Under the pieces are notes generated by a model, which saw nothing but the letters and a program-made list of their open reading frames with translations, did no database searches and was not told the origin of the DNA. Positions 29,024 through 40,015 of a stretch of DNA of 64,000 nucleotides are shown piece by piece. The translations under genes and the position numbers were made by a program. Source of the DNA: Blastocatellia bacterium (lineage in GTDB: Bacteria; Acidobacteriota; Blastocatellia; Pyrinomonadales; Pyrinomonadaceae); assembly GCA_963809065.1 (NCBI GenBank), contig CAWEIN010000024.1, positions 20,734-84,733 on the forward strand. Reading direction: 5' to 3'. Position 1 is the first letter of the stretch; every line of letters begins with the position of its first letter.

Positions 29024-30571
29024 CTATGGCTTTATCGGCCCCTGTGTTGCAGGCGTAGTCGGTGGCGGTTGGATGGCATTCTGTGTCGGCGGCCGCGGGT
29101 TGGAATTAGCCGGCACCTGACGATTGGAGCGCTGCACGGGTGCTATCGGTGTCACATTTGCCGGTAAGAGTCCGTTGTATTTAATGGCTTCATCAATCAA
29201 GTCCTGTCTTCCTTCTTTCTTGTCTTTACTGATAAGTATCCCGTCAGAGTTGAAAGATACATCCGCTTTACCCAAAACTTCCTTCATCAAGTTTCCCATA
29301 AAGCCGTCTCGTTCGGCTGGCGCCAGGTTTCGACGCGCCGGATCGGGCTCAGGAATCGGAACGCCTATGATACTCAACTGATCTTTTGCTTTTTCAGCGT
29401 ACTCGCTGTTGGGGAAATTACGGAGCAGATCCTGATAATACTTGGCCGCTTCATCCGGTTCTTCTTCCTGCTGATAGGTGTAAGCCAGCCTGAATAAAAC
29501 TGCATCCCGCAAAGAGAAGTTGGGATACTTCTCGATCACTTCCTTGTAGCGCGACTGGGCTCCTTTGAGACCACCCTTCTTGCCAACGTAACGGTCCTGA
29601 TAGAAGACACCAATCTGATATCCATGCATTGCCAGGTTTTCCTGCGTCTCACGTAGGCGATCTTCAACGATGGGCCGCAAATTGGTCTGCGGATATTGCT
29701 GCAGTAGTGCTTTGAGACGTTGCTCCGCTTTGCGCGCGTGAGTTATGTCACGGTTGGCCAGTCCCATCTGCCGCATTTCAGCTTCCGCGACTTTCAACAT
29801 CGCGTCATCCGCAAGCGGATCCGTCGGGAAAAATGTCAGCCAGTCCAGATAAGCCTGAGCTGCCTGAATTAAAGAGGCGGTCGTTCCTTCAAGATAGAAG
29901 GAGTCGGCAATCGCCAGCTTGGCAAGTGGTAGAAAAGGTGAATCAGGGTAGGTGTTTATGATGGTGGAAAAGAGAAGGCGGCCAGTCTCATGACTTCCCT
30001 TGCGCACTTGTGTTGCTGCTTCTTCAAACAACACTCGATCCCTTCCCGGGGCAACTGTGCTCGTCAACTCTTCAATCTTGTCATCGCCGCCACCGCCAAG
30101 GAGACCGAAGAAACGGCCCTTCTTTTTCTTTTTCGCTGGCGCGGCCGCTGTCGCTGCGACGGTGGTTCTCGCGCCGGCAGTAGCCTGAAGTCCCGCCTGT
30201 ACGCGAGTGTTGAGATCGGCAACCGAAGTCTCCAATCGATCCAGGATGGTGGGGTCGTAGCGTTCGGAGCGCTCCTGCTTGGCACGTAAGTCGTTAAGCT
30301 CGGAAGTGACTGACCCGACTTCCTTTTCCAAACCGCGCAGCCGCTCGCGCGGATCATCCGGATTTTTCTTCTCGCTTGCGCTTGGCGCTGCCATCGATGA
30401 AATTGCGCTGGTGAGAGAACGCCGCATCCCATCCAACTTTGAACGCATCACGTCCATACGTTGAAGCGGCGTCAGGTCGCTCTGCGCACCTCCCTGCGCC
30501 AGCACCGTGGCCGCTAAGGCCAAAACCAGCGCGGCGCAAATTAGCGATTGAGCAGATAAGCGAGAATGCAT
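29024..30571 (-). CDS. TPR-repeat outer-membrane lipoprotein (BamD/YfiO-like) with an N-terminal coiled coil and a Pro-rich tail
   Basis: Signal peptide, then TPR-like segments (YPDSPFLPLAKLAIADSFYLEG, FPTDPLADDAMLKVAEAEM, YPNFSLRDAVLFRLAYTY, FPNSEYAEKAKDQL). Confidence 0.55.
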   Translation of the reverse strand: MHSRLSAQSLICAALVLALAATVLAQGGAQSDLTPLQRMDVMRSKLDGMRRSLTSAISSMAAPSASEKKNPDDPRERLRGLEKEVGSVTSELNDLRAKQERSERYDPTILDRLETSVADLNTRVQAGLQATAGARTTVAATAAAPAKKKKKGRFFGLLGGGGDDKIEELTSTVAPGRDRVLFEEAATQVRKGSHETGRLLFSTIINTYPDSPFLPLAKLAIADSFYLEGTTASLIQAAQAYLDWLTFFPTDPLADDAMLKVAEAEMRQMGLANRDITHARKAEQRLKALLQQYPQTNLRPIVEDRLRETQENLAMHGYQIGVFYQDRYVGKKGGLKGAQSRYKEVIEKYPNFSLRDAVLFRLAYTYQQEEEPDEAAKYYQDLLRNFPNSEYAEKAKDQLSIIGVPIPEPDPARRNLAPAERDGFMGNLMKEVLGKADVSFNSDGILISKDKKEGRQDLIDEAIKYNGLLPANVTPIAPVQRSNRQVPANSNPRPPTQNAIQPPPTTPATQGPIKP

Positions 30572-30616
30572 ATAACTAAAACCTCCAGGAACATCGTACG
30601 ATTGCTGATTGCTGAA

Positions 30617-31295
30617 TTAAACCCATTGCACGGTGGCCTCGCGTAGTCCGCGCACCGCCGCTTCCGGATCTGGCGCGCCGAAAATCGCCGAGCCGGCCAC
30701 GATAATTTCCGCGCCGGCGGCCACTACCGAAGCAATGTTTTCCAGGTCGATACCGCCATCAATTTCTATGCGTATCCGCAAGTTGGCGCTCATCGATCAT
30801 GCGCCTGAGGCGCCTCACTTTATCGGTCGCAGTCTCAATAAACTTCTGTCCACCGAAGCCAGGATTCACTGACATCACGAGCACATAATCAGCGAAGGGC
30901 AAGGCCTCCGATAAAGATTCGATCGGTGTCGCTGGGTTGAGCACAACTCCAGCCTGCGCGCCGGCGGCTTTAATAGACGCTAAAGTTCGATGCAGATGGG
31001 CATCAGCTTCAAGGTGCACGGAAACCATTCTCGCGCCCGCCTCAACAAACTGTTGCGCATATCTTCCCGGCTCAGAAATCATAAGGTGCGCATCGATCGG
31101 CAGCCCTGTCGCCCGCGTAAGTGACTTAACGACAGGCAAGCCAATGGTCAAGTTGGGAACAAAGTGCCCGTCCATCACATCGACATGCAGGATCGTCGCA
31201 CCACCGCGCGTGACCGCCTCGATTTCTTCGCCCAAACGCGAAAAGTCGGCCGACAAGATCGAGGGAGCGATATCAATTGTCCTGCCGTTAATCAT
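30617..31295 (-). pseudogene. rpe: Ribulose-phosphate 3-epimerase, C-terminal ~50 aa shifted out of frame by a 1-nt indel near 30776-30782
   Basis: IAPSILSADF, HVDVMDGHFVPN and VMSVNPGFGGQ lie in the ORF 30759-31295. The conserved continuation [31 protein letters not shown] is in the adjacent frame, ending at 30617. Confidence 0.9.
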
Positions 31296-31318
31296 TTCAG
31301 ATCTTATTCCAAGGACTC

Positions 31319-31972
31319 TTAATTGGGCCTGATCGCAGGCGATGGCCTGGCTGGTGGCCGCCCATTTCCATTCTGATTAACGGCTCGATTTGAGTTCATA
31401 TTAATCGCCGGCCGATTTAGATTTGGGTTAAGAGACCGATTCGCGTTGCCGTTATTCGAGTTCCTGTTTGTAGTCGTCGCGCGATTAGTATTTCCGTTTC
31501 GATTTAGCGCGTTGGCGTTTTCGTTATCGTTAGCGTTCTTGTTCCTGGGCCGCTTGGGTTTATTTTCATTCGCCGAAGTCGTCTCGTTGGTATTCGCGGG
31601 CTTCTCTTCAGGCGACTTTTCCGGAGCGGCAACGTCGGAAGCCTCACCTTCTTTCGCCGGTCGACTCACGTCCATAGCTACAGTCTGGCCAACTTTTACT
31701 ACCTCGCCTCCCCTCGGCAGTTGAAACAGGACCGAATCGGCCTTTACCTGGCTGCTGGGCCGCGTGGCCCGAACGCGAAAGTTCAAGCCGGCATCGCCCA
31801 GAACTCGCTCAGCCTCGGAGCGCTCCTTCCCAACCACGTCAGGAACTTTTACTTCTGGACTGCGGAGAGACAGGAATACGGTGGTGGCGAGACCAAGCAC
31901 AAAAACGATCGCTATCGCGATCACGATGACGAGCCTTCGTACTACCGAGAGTGCGCCGGTGGCCTTGTTCAC
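31319..31972 (-). CDS. PASTA-domain membrane protein with an Asn-rich low-complexity tail
   Basis: One N-terminal TM helix and a PASTA-like segment VPDVVGKERSEAERVLGDAGLNFRV...GQTVAMDVS. The tail is NANDNENANALNRNGNTN... Confidence 0.6.
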   Translation of the reverse strand: MNKATGALSVVRRLVIVIAIAIVFVLGLATTVFLSLRSPEVKVPDVVGKERSEAERVLGDAGLNFRVRATRPSSQVKADSVLFQLPRGGEVVKVGQTVAMDVSRPAKEGEASDVAAPEKSPEEKPANTNETTSANENKPKRPRNKNANDNENANALNRNGNTNRATTTNRNSNNGNANRSLNPNLNRPAINMNSNRAVNQNGNGRPPARPSPAIRPN

Positions 31973-32071
31973 GTAGCTAACCTCTTTAACACCAAACTAC
32001 CGATCGGGCCTAAACCAAGCTGCGAAGTCTACCATCCGCTAGAGCCTCTCGCAAACTAACGGCTTCCCCAC

Positions 32072-33433
32072 TTAGACAGATAGTAACGGGCCTTTTCGCT
32101 CAAATGTGGCAATGAAAAAACCATCGGTTCCTTGCCGCTGTGGCCAGGTTCGAGCTTGGCCTAGCGAGGTTTTCAGCGCGTCGTTCGCGGTTAACTCAAC
32201 CAGTCGGAAGGTCTCGTTGTTATCAAGGAACGTTTGGACTACCTGTTCGTTTTCGTCACGCTCAACCGAACAAGTCGAATAAATCAAGCGACCTCCCGGT
32301 CTGACTACGCGCCCCGCGTTGAAAAGAAGTTGCTTCTGACGCTCCGCCAGGTCGTCAATGTCTGCGGGTGAGATGCGCCAACGGATTTCGGGGTTGCGCC
32401 TTAGAGTGCCCGTTCCGGAACACGGGGCGTCAACTAAAACTCGGTCAAAAGTGCCCTCCGCGAAGGGTAAAGGCCGTAAACCATCGAGCGCGATGCACTG
32501 AATGCTACTCAATCCTTGTAATTCAGCGGAGGAAACAAGGGTCCTTAAACGGTGCTCGTGCAAATCTGCGGCGACTATTACGGCTGAATCCAGACTAAGG
32601 TCGGCGAGCTGAGTCGTCTTGCTCCCCGGCGCGGCGCACAGATCCAGCACACGCTGGCCCGGCTGGACATCCAACTGCATCGCAACTAACTGGGACGCCT
32701 CATCCTGAACATATACTCTTCCCGCGGTGATGAGCTCTGCCAATAAAGTCGCGGCTCCATTGATACGCCATGCACCTGGCGCAACTGTTGAAGGGATCAG
32801 TTGCGCACCTGCCGCTCTCAAGATTTCGCATACGTCAGCCTCGTGAGCGCGACTCCTCACAACCCGGAAGGCAACCGGCGCGGCCTCATTATTGGCGTGC
32901 GCCAACGCCTCGGCTTCCGCGCTACCGAATGCTGTGGTCCAGCGTTCAATCAACCACTGCGGGTGTGAAGTAGCGACAGACACGTGCTCCACCGGATCTT
33001 GAATATCACTGGTGGGATCTATTTCAGGCTCGCGCGTTGCGCGTCGTAATACAGCGTTGACAAAACTCCCAGCCGAACGCAGGCGCGCGAAGTGGACCAG
33101 TTTCACCGACTCGTTGACTGCAGCGGAAGCTGGAACACGCGAAAGAAACCGCAATTGATAAAGACCGATTCTGAGAATGATCCGAATGGACTCATCGAGG
33201 CCGGCAACCTTCCGGTTCGCGTAGTGTTCGATCAACCGGTCCAGCCATAGTTGCCGCCGCACCACACCCATGACCAGCTCATGACAGAGCGCCCTGTCTG
33301 AGGACGATAATTCGTCTTCTCGCGAAGCCAAAAGAACCGAAGCGTAAGCGCCTTCTCCCACACGCCGCAGGACCTCAAATGCGGTCAAGCGCGCCGGCGA
33401 AACAGAATTAGACTTCACCAAATCGGTCGCCAA
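32072..33433 (-). CDS. rsmB: 16S rRNA (cytosine967-C5)-methyltransferase
   Basis: NusB-like N-terminus; DLCAAPGSKTT; DAPCSGTGTLRRNPE; YSTCS. Confidence 0.92.
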   Translation of the reverse strand: MATDLVKSNSVSPARLTAFEVLRRVGEGAYASVLLASREDELSSSDRALCHELVMGVVRRQLWLDRLIEHYANRKVAGLDESIRIILRIGLYQLRFLSRVPASAAVNESVKLVHFARLRSAGSFVNAVLRRATREPEIDPTSDIQDPVEHVSVATSHPQWLIERWTTAFGSAEAEALAHANNEAAPVAFRVVRSRAHEADVCEILRAAGAQLIPSTVAPGAWRINGAATLLAELITAGRVYVQDEASQLVAMQLDVQPGQRVLDLCAAPGSKTTQLADLSLDSAVIVAADLHEHRLRTLVSSAELQGLSSIQCIALDGLRPLPFAEGTFDRVLVDAPCSGTGTLRRNPEIRWRISPADIDDLAERQKQLLFNAGRVVRPGGRLIYSTCSVERDENEQVVQTFLDNNETFRLVELTANDALKTSLGQARTWPQRQGTDGFFIATFERKGPLLSV

Positions 33434-34343
33434 CCTTCAGATGTGTTCCGTTTAGAAAATCTCTTATGCTCATGCGGCGCTTGGCTTCGGGCTGCACTTC
33501 GATTAATCGCAGCGCGGTCTCATCGCCACACTTCACGACGAGATCGTCGCCATGCGCGATTAGCACCTCACCCACCTCACCATCCAGTGACGTAGTTTTA
33601 GTAACAGCGGCCTTCCAGACAATCAACCGTTGCGATTTGTAACTCGTGTAGGCGGTGGGCCAGGGTTGAAAGCCTCGCACGCAACGTTCGATGGTCGTTG
33701 CGTTGTTCAACCAGTTAACCAATCCATGCTGCTTCGTCAATAGCGGCGCAAACGTAGCGGCTTGATCGTGTTGGGGACGCGGTGTTATGCGATCAAGCTG
33801 GCGAAACGTTTCGCTCAACAGGTCTGCGCCGATAAGCGACAGGCGTTGCATTAGCTGTGGCGAAGTTTCCTCCTGGCCAATCATCGTCTCTTGTTGCAAA
33901 AGAATTGGGCCGGAGTCCAACTCTTCTTCGATGAACATGGTCGTGACACCCGTCCTCGTCTCTCCATTTACGATTGCCCAATTGGCCGGCGCCGCACCGC
34001 GATAGAGCGGCAGTAAGGAGAAGTGCACGTTTATGCAGCCGCGACGTGGCGCGCGCAGAAACTCCGGCGGCAGAATGCGACCATAAGCGACTACTACAGC
34101 AACCTCAGCTTCATATGACGCAAACAGTTCCTTCGCTTCCTGAGTTTTGATTTTCTTTGGCTGCTCGACCTGCAGGCCATGTTCGAGGGCAAACTTTTTG
34201 ATTGGAGGCAACTGCATCTTGTCGCCCCGTCCGGCGGGCTTATCTGGTTGGGTCCAGACGGCGACAACCTGGTGGCCGTCCGTTAGCAGTCGCTCGAGCG
34301 ATGACACTGCGGATTGCGGCGTACCCATGAAGACAATGCGCAT
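33408..34343 (-). CDS. fmt: Methionyl-tRNA formyltransferase
   Basis: MRIVFMGTP...HFSLLPLYRGAAP. The longer ORF to 34418 reads into a REP. Confidence 0.93.
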   Translation of the reverse strand: MRIVFMGTPQSAVSSLERLLTDGHQVVAVWTQPDKPAGRGDKMQLPPIKKFALEHGLQVEQPKKIKTQEAKELFASYEAEVAVVVAYGRILPPEFLRAPRRGCINVHFSLLPLYRGAAPANWAIVNGETRTGVTTMFIEEELDSGPILLQQETMIGQEETSPQLMQRLSLIGADLLSETFRQLDRITPRPQHDQAATFAPLLTKQHGLVNWLNNATTIERCVRGFQPWPTAYTSYKSQRLIVWKAAVTKTTSLDGEVGEVLIAHGDDLVVKCGDETALRLIEVQPEAKRRMSIRDFLNGTHLKVGDRFGEV

Positions 34344-34356
34344 TATTTTAAGCAAA

Positions 34357-34463
34357 AGAGCGGGGGCAAGCCCGCCTTCCCAACCTGCGAATTGGTCAAG
34401 CTTGTCGCTAGCATTCAACTGGCACGGATTCGCAGGTTGGGAAGGCGGGCTTGCCCCCGCTCT
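34357..34463. repeat. Palindromic REP (agagcgggggcaagcccgccttcccaacctgcgaat and its inverse)
   Basis: 36-nt arms are visible directly in the pruA-fmt spacer. Confidence 0.85.
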
Positions 34464-34472
34464 GAGTCTCTT

Positions 34473-36059
34473 TTAGATCCCTGCTCTTTTTTCTACCGCA
34501 GCCGTGGCCCCAACCTTCTCCGCTGACACCTTCGCCTGCATGAACAGCAAAAGATAATCACGACCGCCGGCTTTCGAATCAGTGCCTGACATATTGAAGC
34601 CACCGAAAGGATGAACACCCACCAGCGCTCCCGTGCACTTGCGATTAAGGTAGAGATTGCCAACGTGAAATTCCTGGCGTGCGCGCGCTAGCTTTGCTTC
34701 GTCTGTGCTGTAGACGGCGCCAGTCAAACCGAATTGCGTGTCATTGGCGATTTCTAACGCATCGTCGTAATTCTGGGCCTTGATTACGGCCAGAACTGGT
34801 CCGAATATTTCTTCCTGTTCAATAGTAGCGCCGGGCTTCACGTCAGCGATGACTGTAGGTTCGATAAAGAACCCTTGCTCGCCATCTGAACCGCCGCCAG
34901 CCACTACTCGCCCGCCTTCGCTCTTGCCCTTTTCGATGTATGCGTTGATTGTCTTGAATGCCTTTTCGTTAATAACAGCACTCATCTTCATCGCGCCATC
35001 ACTTGGATCACCCATCGTGACCTTCCGAGTTTGCTCGGCAATTCTTTCCAGCATCTCGTCGTAAACTTTCGCGTCGATGATTGCGCGCGAACAGGCCGAA
35101 CACTTCTGACCCTGAAAGCCGAAGGCTGACTGCACAACTCCGGTCGCCGCATCCTCGAGGTTCGCATCAGCTGCAACAATGATCGCGTCCTTGCCGCCCA
35201 TCTCCGCAACCACGCGCTTGATCCAGATTTGTCCGTCCTGGACCTTCGCCGCGCGCTCGTTGATTCGCAAACCAACTTCCTTCGAACCGGTGAACGCAAT
35301 GAAACGCGTTTTCGGATGGTCAACAATAACGTCGCCCACTTCCGCTCCTGATCCGGTCATGAAATTGACTACACCGGCCGGCACACCAGCCTCTTCAAGA
35401 ATTTCGAAAAACTTGTAGGCAATCGTTGGGGCATCGGATGAAGGTTTGAGTACGACGGTGTTGCCTGTAACAAAAGCGGCGCTCGTCATGCCTGCCATGA
35501 TCGCAAGTGGAAAGTTCCACGGCGGGATCACCGCCACCACGCCAAGCGGGATGTAGGTCAGATGGTTCTCTTCACCGGGGACATTCACCAATGGCTGATT
35601 GCCTGCGTAACGCAACATCTCGCGGCCATAGAACTCAAGAAAATCAATCGCCTCGGCAGTATCGCCATCCGCCTCGGCCCACGTTTTTGCGACCTCATGA
35701 ATCATCCAGGCCGACAGCTCGTGCTTCCGCTCGCGCAAAATTCCGGCGACGCGAAACAAAAGGTCGGCACGCTCCGCGGGACTCGTCTTCTTCCAGGTTC
35801 GAAAAGCGGTAGCAGCTGACTCAACAGCTTTATTGGCCAACTCCTTCGTTGCCTTCTGAAAGCGGCCCACTACTTCTGTGCGATTGGCAGGATTGATACT
35901 GTCGAGTTTGGCATCGGTGGTGATGCGTTCGCCGCCGATCACCAGGAGGTATTCGCGGCCCAACTCGCTCCTAACTTTCGCCAGCGCCACGCGCATTGCC
36001 TTCGCATTCTCTTCCTTGCTGAAATCAGTAAACGGTTCGTTACGAAATTCTGTTGGCAT
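34473..36059 (-). CDS. pruA: L-glutamate gamma-semialdehyde (1-pyrroline-5-carboxylate) dehydrogenase
   Basis: Aldehyde dehydrogenase catalytic motifs VAEMGGKDA and FGFQGQKCSACSR; 528 aa. Confidence 0.88.
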   Translation of the reverse strand: MPTEFRNEPFTDFSKEENAKAMRVALAKVRSELGREYLLVIGGERITTDAKLDSINPANRTEVVGRFQKATKELANKAVESAATAFRTWKKTSPAERADLLFRVAGILRERKHELSAWMIHEVAKTWAEADGDTAEAIDFLEFYGREMLRYAGNQPLVNVPGEENHLTYIPLGVVAVIPPWNFPLAIMAGMTSAAFVTGNTVVLKPSSDAPTIAYKFFEILEEAGVPAGVVNFMTGSGAEVGDVIVDHPKTRFIAFTGSKEVGLRINERAAKVQDGQIWIKRVVAEMGGKDAIIVAADANLEDAATGVVQSAFGFQGQKCSACSRAIIDAKVYDEMLERIAEQTRKVTMGDPSDGAMKMSAVINEKAFKTINAYIEKGKSEGGRVVAGGGSDGEQGFFIEPTVIADVKPGATIEQEEIFGPVLAVIKAQNYDDALEIANDTQFGLTGAVYSTDEAKLARARQEFHVGNLYLNRKCTGALVGVHPFGGFNMSGTDSKAGGRDYLLLFMQAKVSAEKVGATAAVEKRAGI

Positions 36060-36127
36060 TTCGGTTAATCACTCCAAACTAAGATTTTTCCTCAATGTTA
36101 TCACATACCCTGACACTCTTCAGATTC

Positions 36128-36270
36128 GGCTCTGCCGCCTTCCGTGCGGAAAGGCTATGCCTTTCCGTCGCTACCTTACAAAAACTTCGCCGAGGCTGAG
36201 CCTCGGCGAAAAGAATTTAAAAGCGTCGTCTGGTAAGGCAAAGCCTTACCGCACGGAAGGCGGCACAGCC
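36128..36270. repeat. Palindromic REP (ggctctgccgccttccgtgcggaaaggc / gccttaccgcacggaaggcggcacagcc)
   Basis: Seen directly in the def-pruA spacer. Confidence 0.8.
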
Positions 36271-36278
36271 GCTGGGTT

Positions 36279-36800
36279 CTACTTCGCCACCCACTTTCCA
36301 GCCTTCTGCAATTTCTTAATCTTACGCTTCACCAGTTCTCGTTTGAGCGCGCTCATTTTGTCGAGAAACACGATGCCATCGCAGTGATCTGTCTCGTGCA
36401 GCATGCACCGGGCAGTCAGTTCCGTCTCATCAATCTCGAATTCGTTACCGTTGATGTCGTGAGCGCGAACGATAGCTCGCAGGCTACGCTCAACCGGTGT
36501 AAAGATTCCTGGGAACGAAAGACAGCCTTCTTCGCCGTTCTGCTCGCCTTCAACGTGAATCACTTCGGGATTAATCATCACCACGCGCTGATCTGGATCC
36601 TTGCCGGCCGAGCAGTCCATCACAAACAGCCGCCTGGCAACACCGACCTGCACCGCAGCCAGCCCTACGCCAGGCGCCGAGTACATTGTCTCAAACATAT
36701 CGCTGACGAGTTTCTTGAGGCTGTCGCCAAACTCCGTGACCGGGTCACCCGGCGCGTCGAGTATCGGATTGGGCCAGGTCACTATTTCCATCAATGCCAT
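36279..36800 (-). CDS. def: Peptide deformylase
   Basis: GVGLAAVQVG, EGCLSFPG, HETDHCDG. Confidence 0.95.
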   Translation of the reverse strand: MALMEIVTWPNPILDAPGDPVTEFGDSLKKLVSDMFETMYSAPGVGLAAVQVGVARRLFVMDCSAGKDPDQRVVMINPEVIHVEGEQNGEEGCLSFPGIFTPVERSLRAIVRAHDINGNEFEIDETELTARCMLHETDHCDGIVFLDKMSALKRELVKRKIKKLQKAGKWVAK

Positions 36801-36999
36801 TACTTATTTTCCAACTCCGAAATAACTGCTTTTCCCGAACTATTGATTCTATTCTGAATTTTCCCTAAATGTCAGCCCGAGTCTAATTGAAAGTCTCTGT
36901 GCGCCCTCTGTGATCTCTGTGCCTCTGTGGTGAAGTTTGTCGAGTAAAATCCACCACAGAGAGACAGAGGACACCGAGGTGGCACAGAGAAGAGTGCTA

Positions 37000-38169
37000 T
37001 CAATACCCTCTAAGTTGTTCGCGATACCCTTCGAAGTTTCGCTTCATTTCACCCAAACTATCTCCTCCAAACTTTTCGCGCATCGCTCCCGCCAACACCA
37101 TTGCCATCATTGCCTCGCCGATCACACCAGCAGCAGGCACGGCCGTAATGTCTGAGCGTTCAAATGCCGCCGACTCTTCCTGCTTCGTATCAATGTCCAC
37201 TGAGCGCAAGGGACGACGCAGCGTCGAAAGCGGTTTTAAATGTCCACGTATTCGAATCTCTTCGCCGTTAGTGACGCCACCCTCGAGACCACCGGCGCGA
37301 TTTGTTTCGCGTATGAATTCTTTCGACTCATTGTTGTAAGCAATCTCGTCGTGAACTTCCGACCCCGGCAACGCGCTCGCTTCGCTCCCTGCGCCGATGG
37401 AAACCGCTTTTACAGCCGGAATTGACATGACGGACTGCGCCAGGCGTCCGTCCAGTTTCAAATCCCAGGCCGTGTGCGAACCGAGTCCGGGAATAACGCC
37501 ACGAGCCACGACTTCAAAGATCCCGCCCAGCGTGTCACCGGCCTCGCGCTTGGCATCAATCAATTCGATCATCTGCTGTTGCAGCTGCGCGTCGGCGCAA
37601 TGCAAAGGCGCATCGTCTGGAATCGCGGCCACTTCGTCCCATGATAGTTGCAGCGGTTTCTCGGGAATCCCTCCGAGCTGAACAACATGGCTGCGAATCT
37701 CAACGCCGAAGGAAGCCAGCAGTTGTTTCGCTAACGCTCCGCATGCAACTCGTGCCGTCGTTTCCCGTGCCGACGCTCGCTCGAGAATGTTACGCAGGTC
37801 GCGCGAGTCATATTTCTGTCCACCCGCAAGATCAGCGTGTCCTGGCCGTGGGCGCTTTAGTCGCCGGGATTTCTCTGGCGCGATCTCAAGCGGCTCAGCG
37901 GCCATTACCTCAGTCCAGTTCGCCCAGTCTTTGTTCTCGATCATTAGAGCGATGGGCGAACCGAGCGTTAACCCGTGACGCACACCACTCAAAATCTCCG
38001 CCTGGTCCTGCTCAATCTTCATACGACCACCGCGACCATAACCCCACTGGCGTCGCCGCAGCTCGTAATTGATTTGCGCAACATCAACCGGCAGGCCGGC
38101 AGGCAAGCCTTCAACAATCGCAACGAGCGCGCGACCATGTGATTCCCCAGCTGTGGTGAAACGGAACAT
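37000..38169 (-). CDS. aroC: Chorismate synthase
   Basis: [12 protein letters not shown]...[12 protein letters not shown]...RPGHADL. Confidence 0.95.
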   Translation of the reverse strand: MFRFTTAGESHGRALVAIVEGLPAGLPVDVAQINYELRRRQWGYGRGGRMKIEQDQAEILSGVRHGLTLGSPIALMIENKDWANWTEVMAAEPLEIAPEKSRRLKRPRPGHADLAGGQKYDSRDLRNILERASARETTARVACGALAKQLLASFGVEIRSHVVQLGGIPEKPLQLSWDEVAAIPDDAPLHCADAQLQQQMIELIDAKREAGDTLGGIFEVVARGVIPGLGSHTAWDLKLDGRLAQSVMSIPAVKAVSIGAGSEASALPGSEVHDEIAYNNESKEFIRETNRAGGLEGGVTNGEEIRIRGHLKPLSTLRRPLRSVDIDTKQEESAAFERSDITAVPAAGVIGEAMMAMVLAGAMREKFGGDSLGEMKRNFEGYREQLRGY

Positions 38170-38262
38170 GGCAGTGGTCAGTGGCCAGTAGTCAGTGGTC
38201 AGTGGTCAGTGGTCAGTGGTCAGCGGTCAGAAGCACGCTACTACGGACGACGGACCACTGAC
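38165..38262. repeat. Heptamer tandem repeat (cagtggt x ~8) paired with a downstream complementary ccactga word
   Basis: gtcagtggtcagtggtcagtggtcagtggtcagcggtcag, seen directly. Confidence 0.8.
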
Positions 38263-38270
38263 AACCGCAG

Positions 38271-39861
38271 TTACAAGTATTCCTCAGAAAAAATATTTCC
38301 ACGGCCCAAAATACCGGCCGGATCAAACGCGCGTTTGAGCGAAGCCATCTCGCGCAGATTCTCTTCGCTGTAAAACAAAGGGAGATAATCCCGCTTCAGT
38401 TTTCCGATGCCATGTTCTGCAGAAAGAGTTCCGCCAAGGACGACAGCACGTTTCAAGAACTGCAAATAAATCTCTCTCGCCTTCGTCGCTTCATCATCAT
38501 CTCGCGGCAGGATGTTGACGTGGACGTGGTTGTCGCCGATATGGCCAAAGATCGTGTACCGCAATTGGCTCGCTCGCAACGTGTCCTGATAGAAGCGCAG
38601 CATTTCCGGAAACGCCGCATCGGGCACAGACATGTCGGTGGAGACTTTTCGTTGCTGGTGACGCGCGAACCACTCATTCATAAGTACCGGTAAGGCGTGA
38701 CGAAATTCGCGCAGCCTGGCCTGATCCTGTTCGCCGGTCGCAAACCAGGAACCCTCAAGCTAGAGCCTGATTCTCTTCAAGCAGCGCCAGCCACTCGGTC
38801 ATCAGACGATCTTCGGTCGCCGGCGTTGTCTCCTGCTCGAAAAAGATCGCGCCAGTTGCATCGGCCGGAATTGTCTCGTACTTCTGACGCAGAAACCCCA
38901 GCGATTCACGATCGAAGTATTCCAACGCTCGCGCGTCAACCAAACTAACTGCCTGATCACCCATCTCAGTTGAGGACCTGGCGTAGCGACGCGTGACTTC
39001 GAGCGCTTTCTCGACGAGCGGGCCTAGACGGCTTGCTTTTTTGTCATTTGACTCGCGATTCTGAAGCGAGCGGCTTCGCGCCTCACTAACGAAAGACAAA
39101 ATGTCTTCGTCAGTCTTAAAGAAAACGATGCCACTCAGCAGTCCTTCCGGCTTTGGCAGCAGCTCGACTTCGACTTCAACTATGACCCCCAGCGTCCCCT
39201 CGCTGCCGATGAAAAGATCAAGTACATCCATCCCCGGCGCGACGTAGTAACCGGAAGCGTGCTTGCGCGTGTGCGGCATGTGATAGGAAGGCAACTGGAC
39301 TTGAAGTAAACGGCCGGAAGGCAGCGGAATCCTGATGCGTCCCATCGGATCGGCGTGAAGTTCTTCACGACGCAAATCAATTAGCTCGCCGCTTGCCAGC
39401 GCAATCTTCAACCTCTTCACATATTTTCTGGTCGGCCCATACTTGAACGTGCGGGCCCCCGACGCGTTCGTCGCCACCGTCCCACCGAGAAAACAGCTAC
39501 GCTCGGTCGGGTCAGGCGGATAGAAAAGATTTTCTGATTCGACAAAGCGTTGCAGATCAGCAAGCCTGACGCCCGCTTCGACACACGCGCCGCCGCCGAC
39601 CTTTTTGTGGGCTACACTTTTTATTTGATCGAGTTTGTCGGTCGCCAGCACGATTCCGGCGAAGGGTATGCGGCCGCCGACCGTGCCGGTACCGGCGCCG
39701 GAAACAGTGACAGGAGTCTTCTTCTCCGAAGCCTCTCGCAAAATTGCCCCAACTTCGTCAGCGTTTTCAGGAAAGACCACGCGCTCCGCCAGCCCGTCGC
39801 GCATGTGACTGGCGTCGGAAAGGAAGGACTCGATCTCGTCGGGATCAGACTTAATAAGCAT
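38271..39861 (-). pseudogene. FAD-linked oxidase (GlcD / D-lactate dehydrogenase family), split by one frameshift near 38752-38765
   Basis: The FAD_binding_4 part lies at 38755-39861 (VTVSGAGTGTVGG). The C-terminal part lies at 38271-38681 (HIGDNHVHVNIL, LSAEHGIGKLK). The linking peptide LEGSWFATGEQDQARLREFRHALPVL is open in the C-terminal frame. Confidence 0.85.
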
Positions 39862-39880
39862 TACGAATCACTCAGGCGAT

Positions 39881-40005
39881 TTGCTGGGACCGCGGGCGTC
39901 CCGCCCGCAAATGAGCGCGAAGCGCGAAAATGAATTGGAAAGCTACTCCGAAAGACTTCGCGCCTGCGGCGCGTTTGCGGGCGAGGGCGCCCGCGGTCCC
40001 AGCAA
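39881..40005. repeat. GC-rich palindromic element (ttgctgggaccgcgggcgtcccgcccgc ... gcgggcg.gggcgcccgcggtcccagcaa)
   Basis: Seen directly. Same family as 56595-56708 and 58170-58283. Confidence 0.85.
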
Positions 40006-40015
40006 TTCACTTGAC

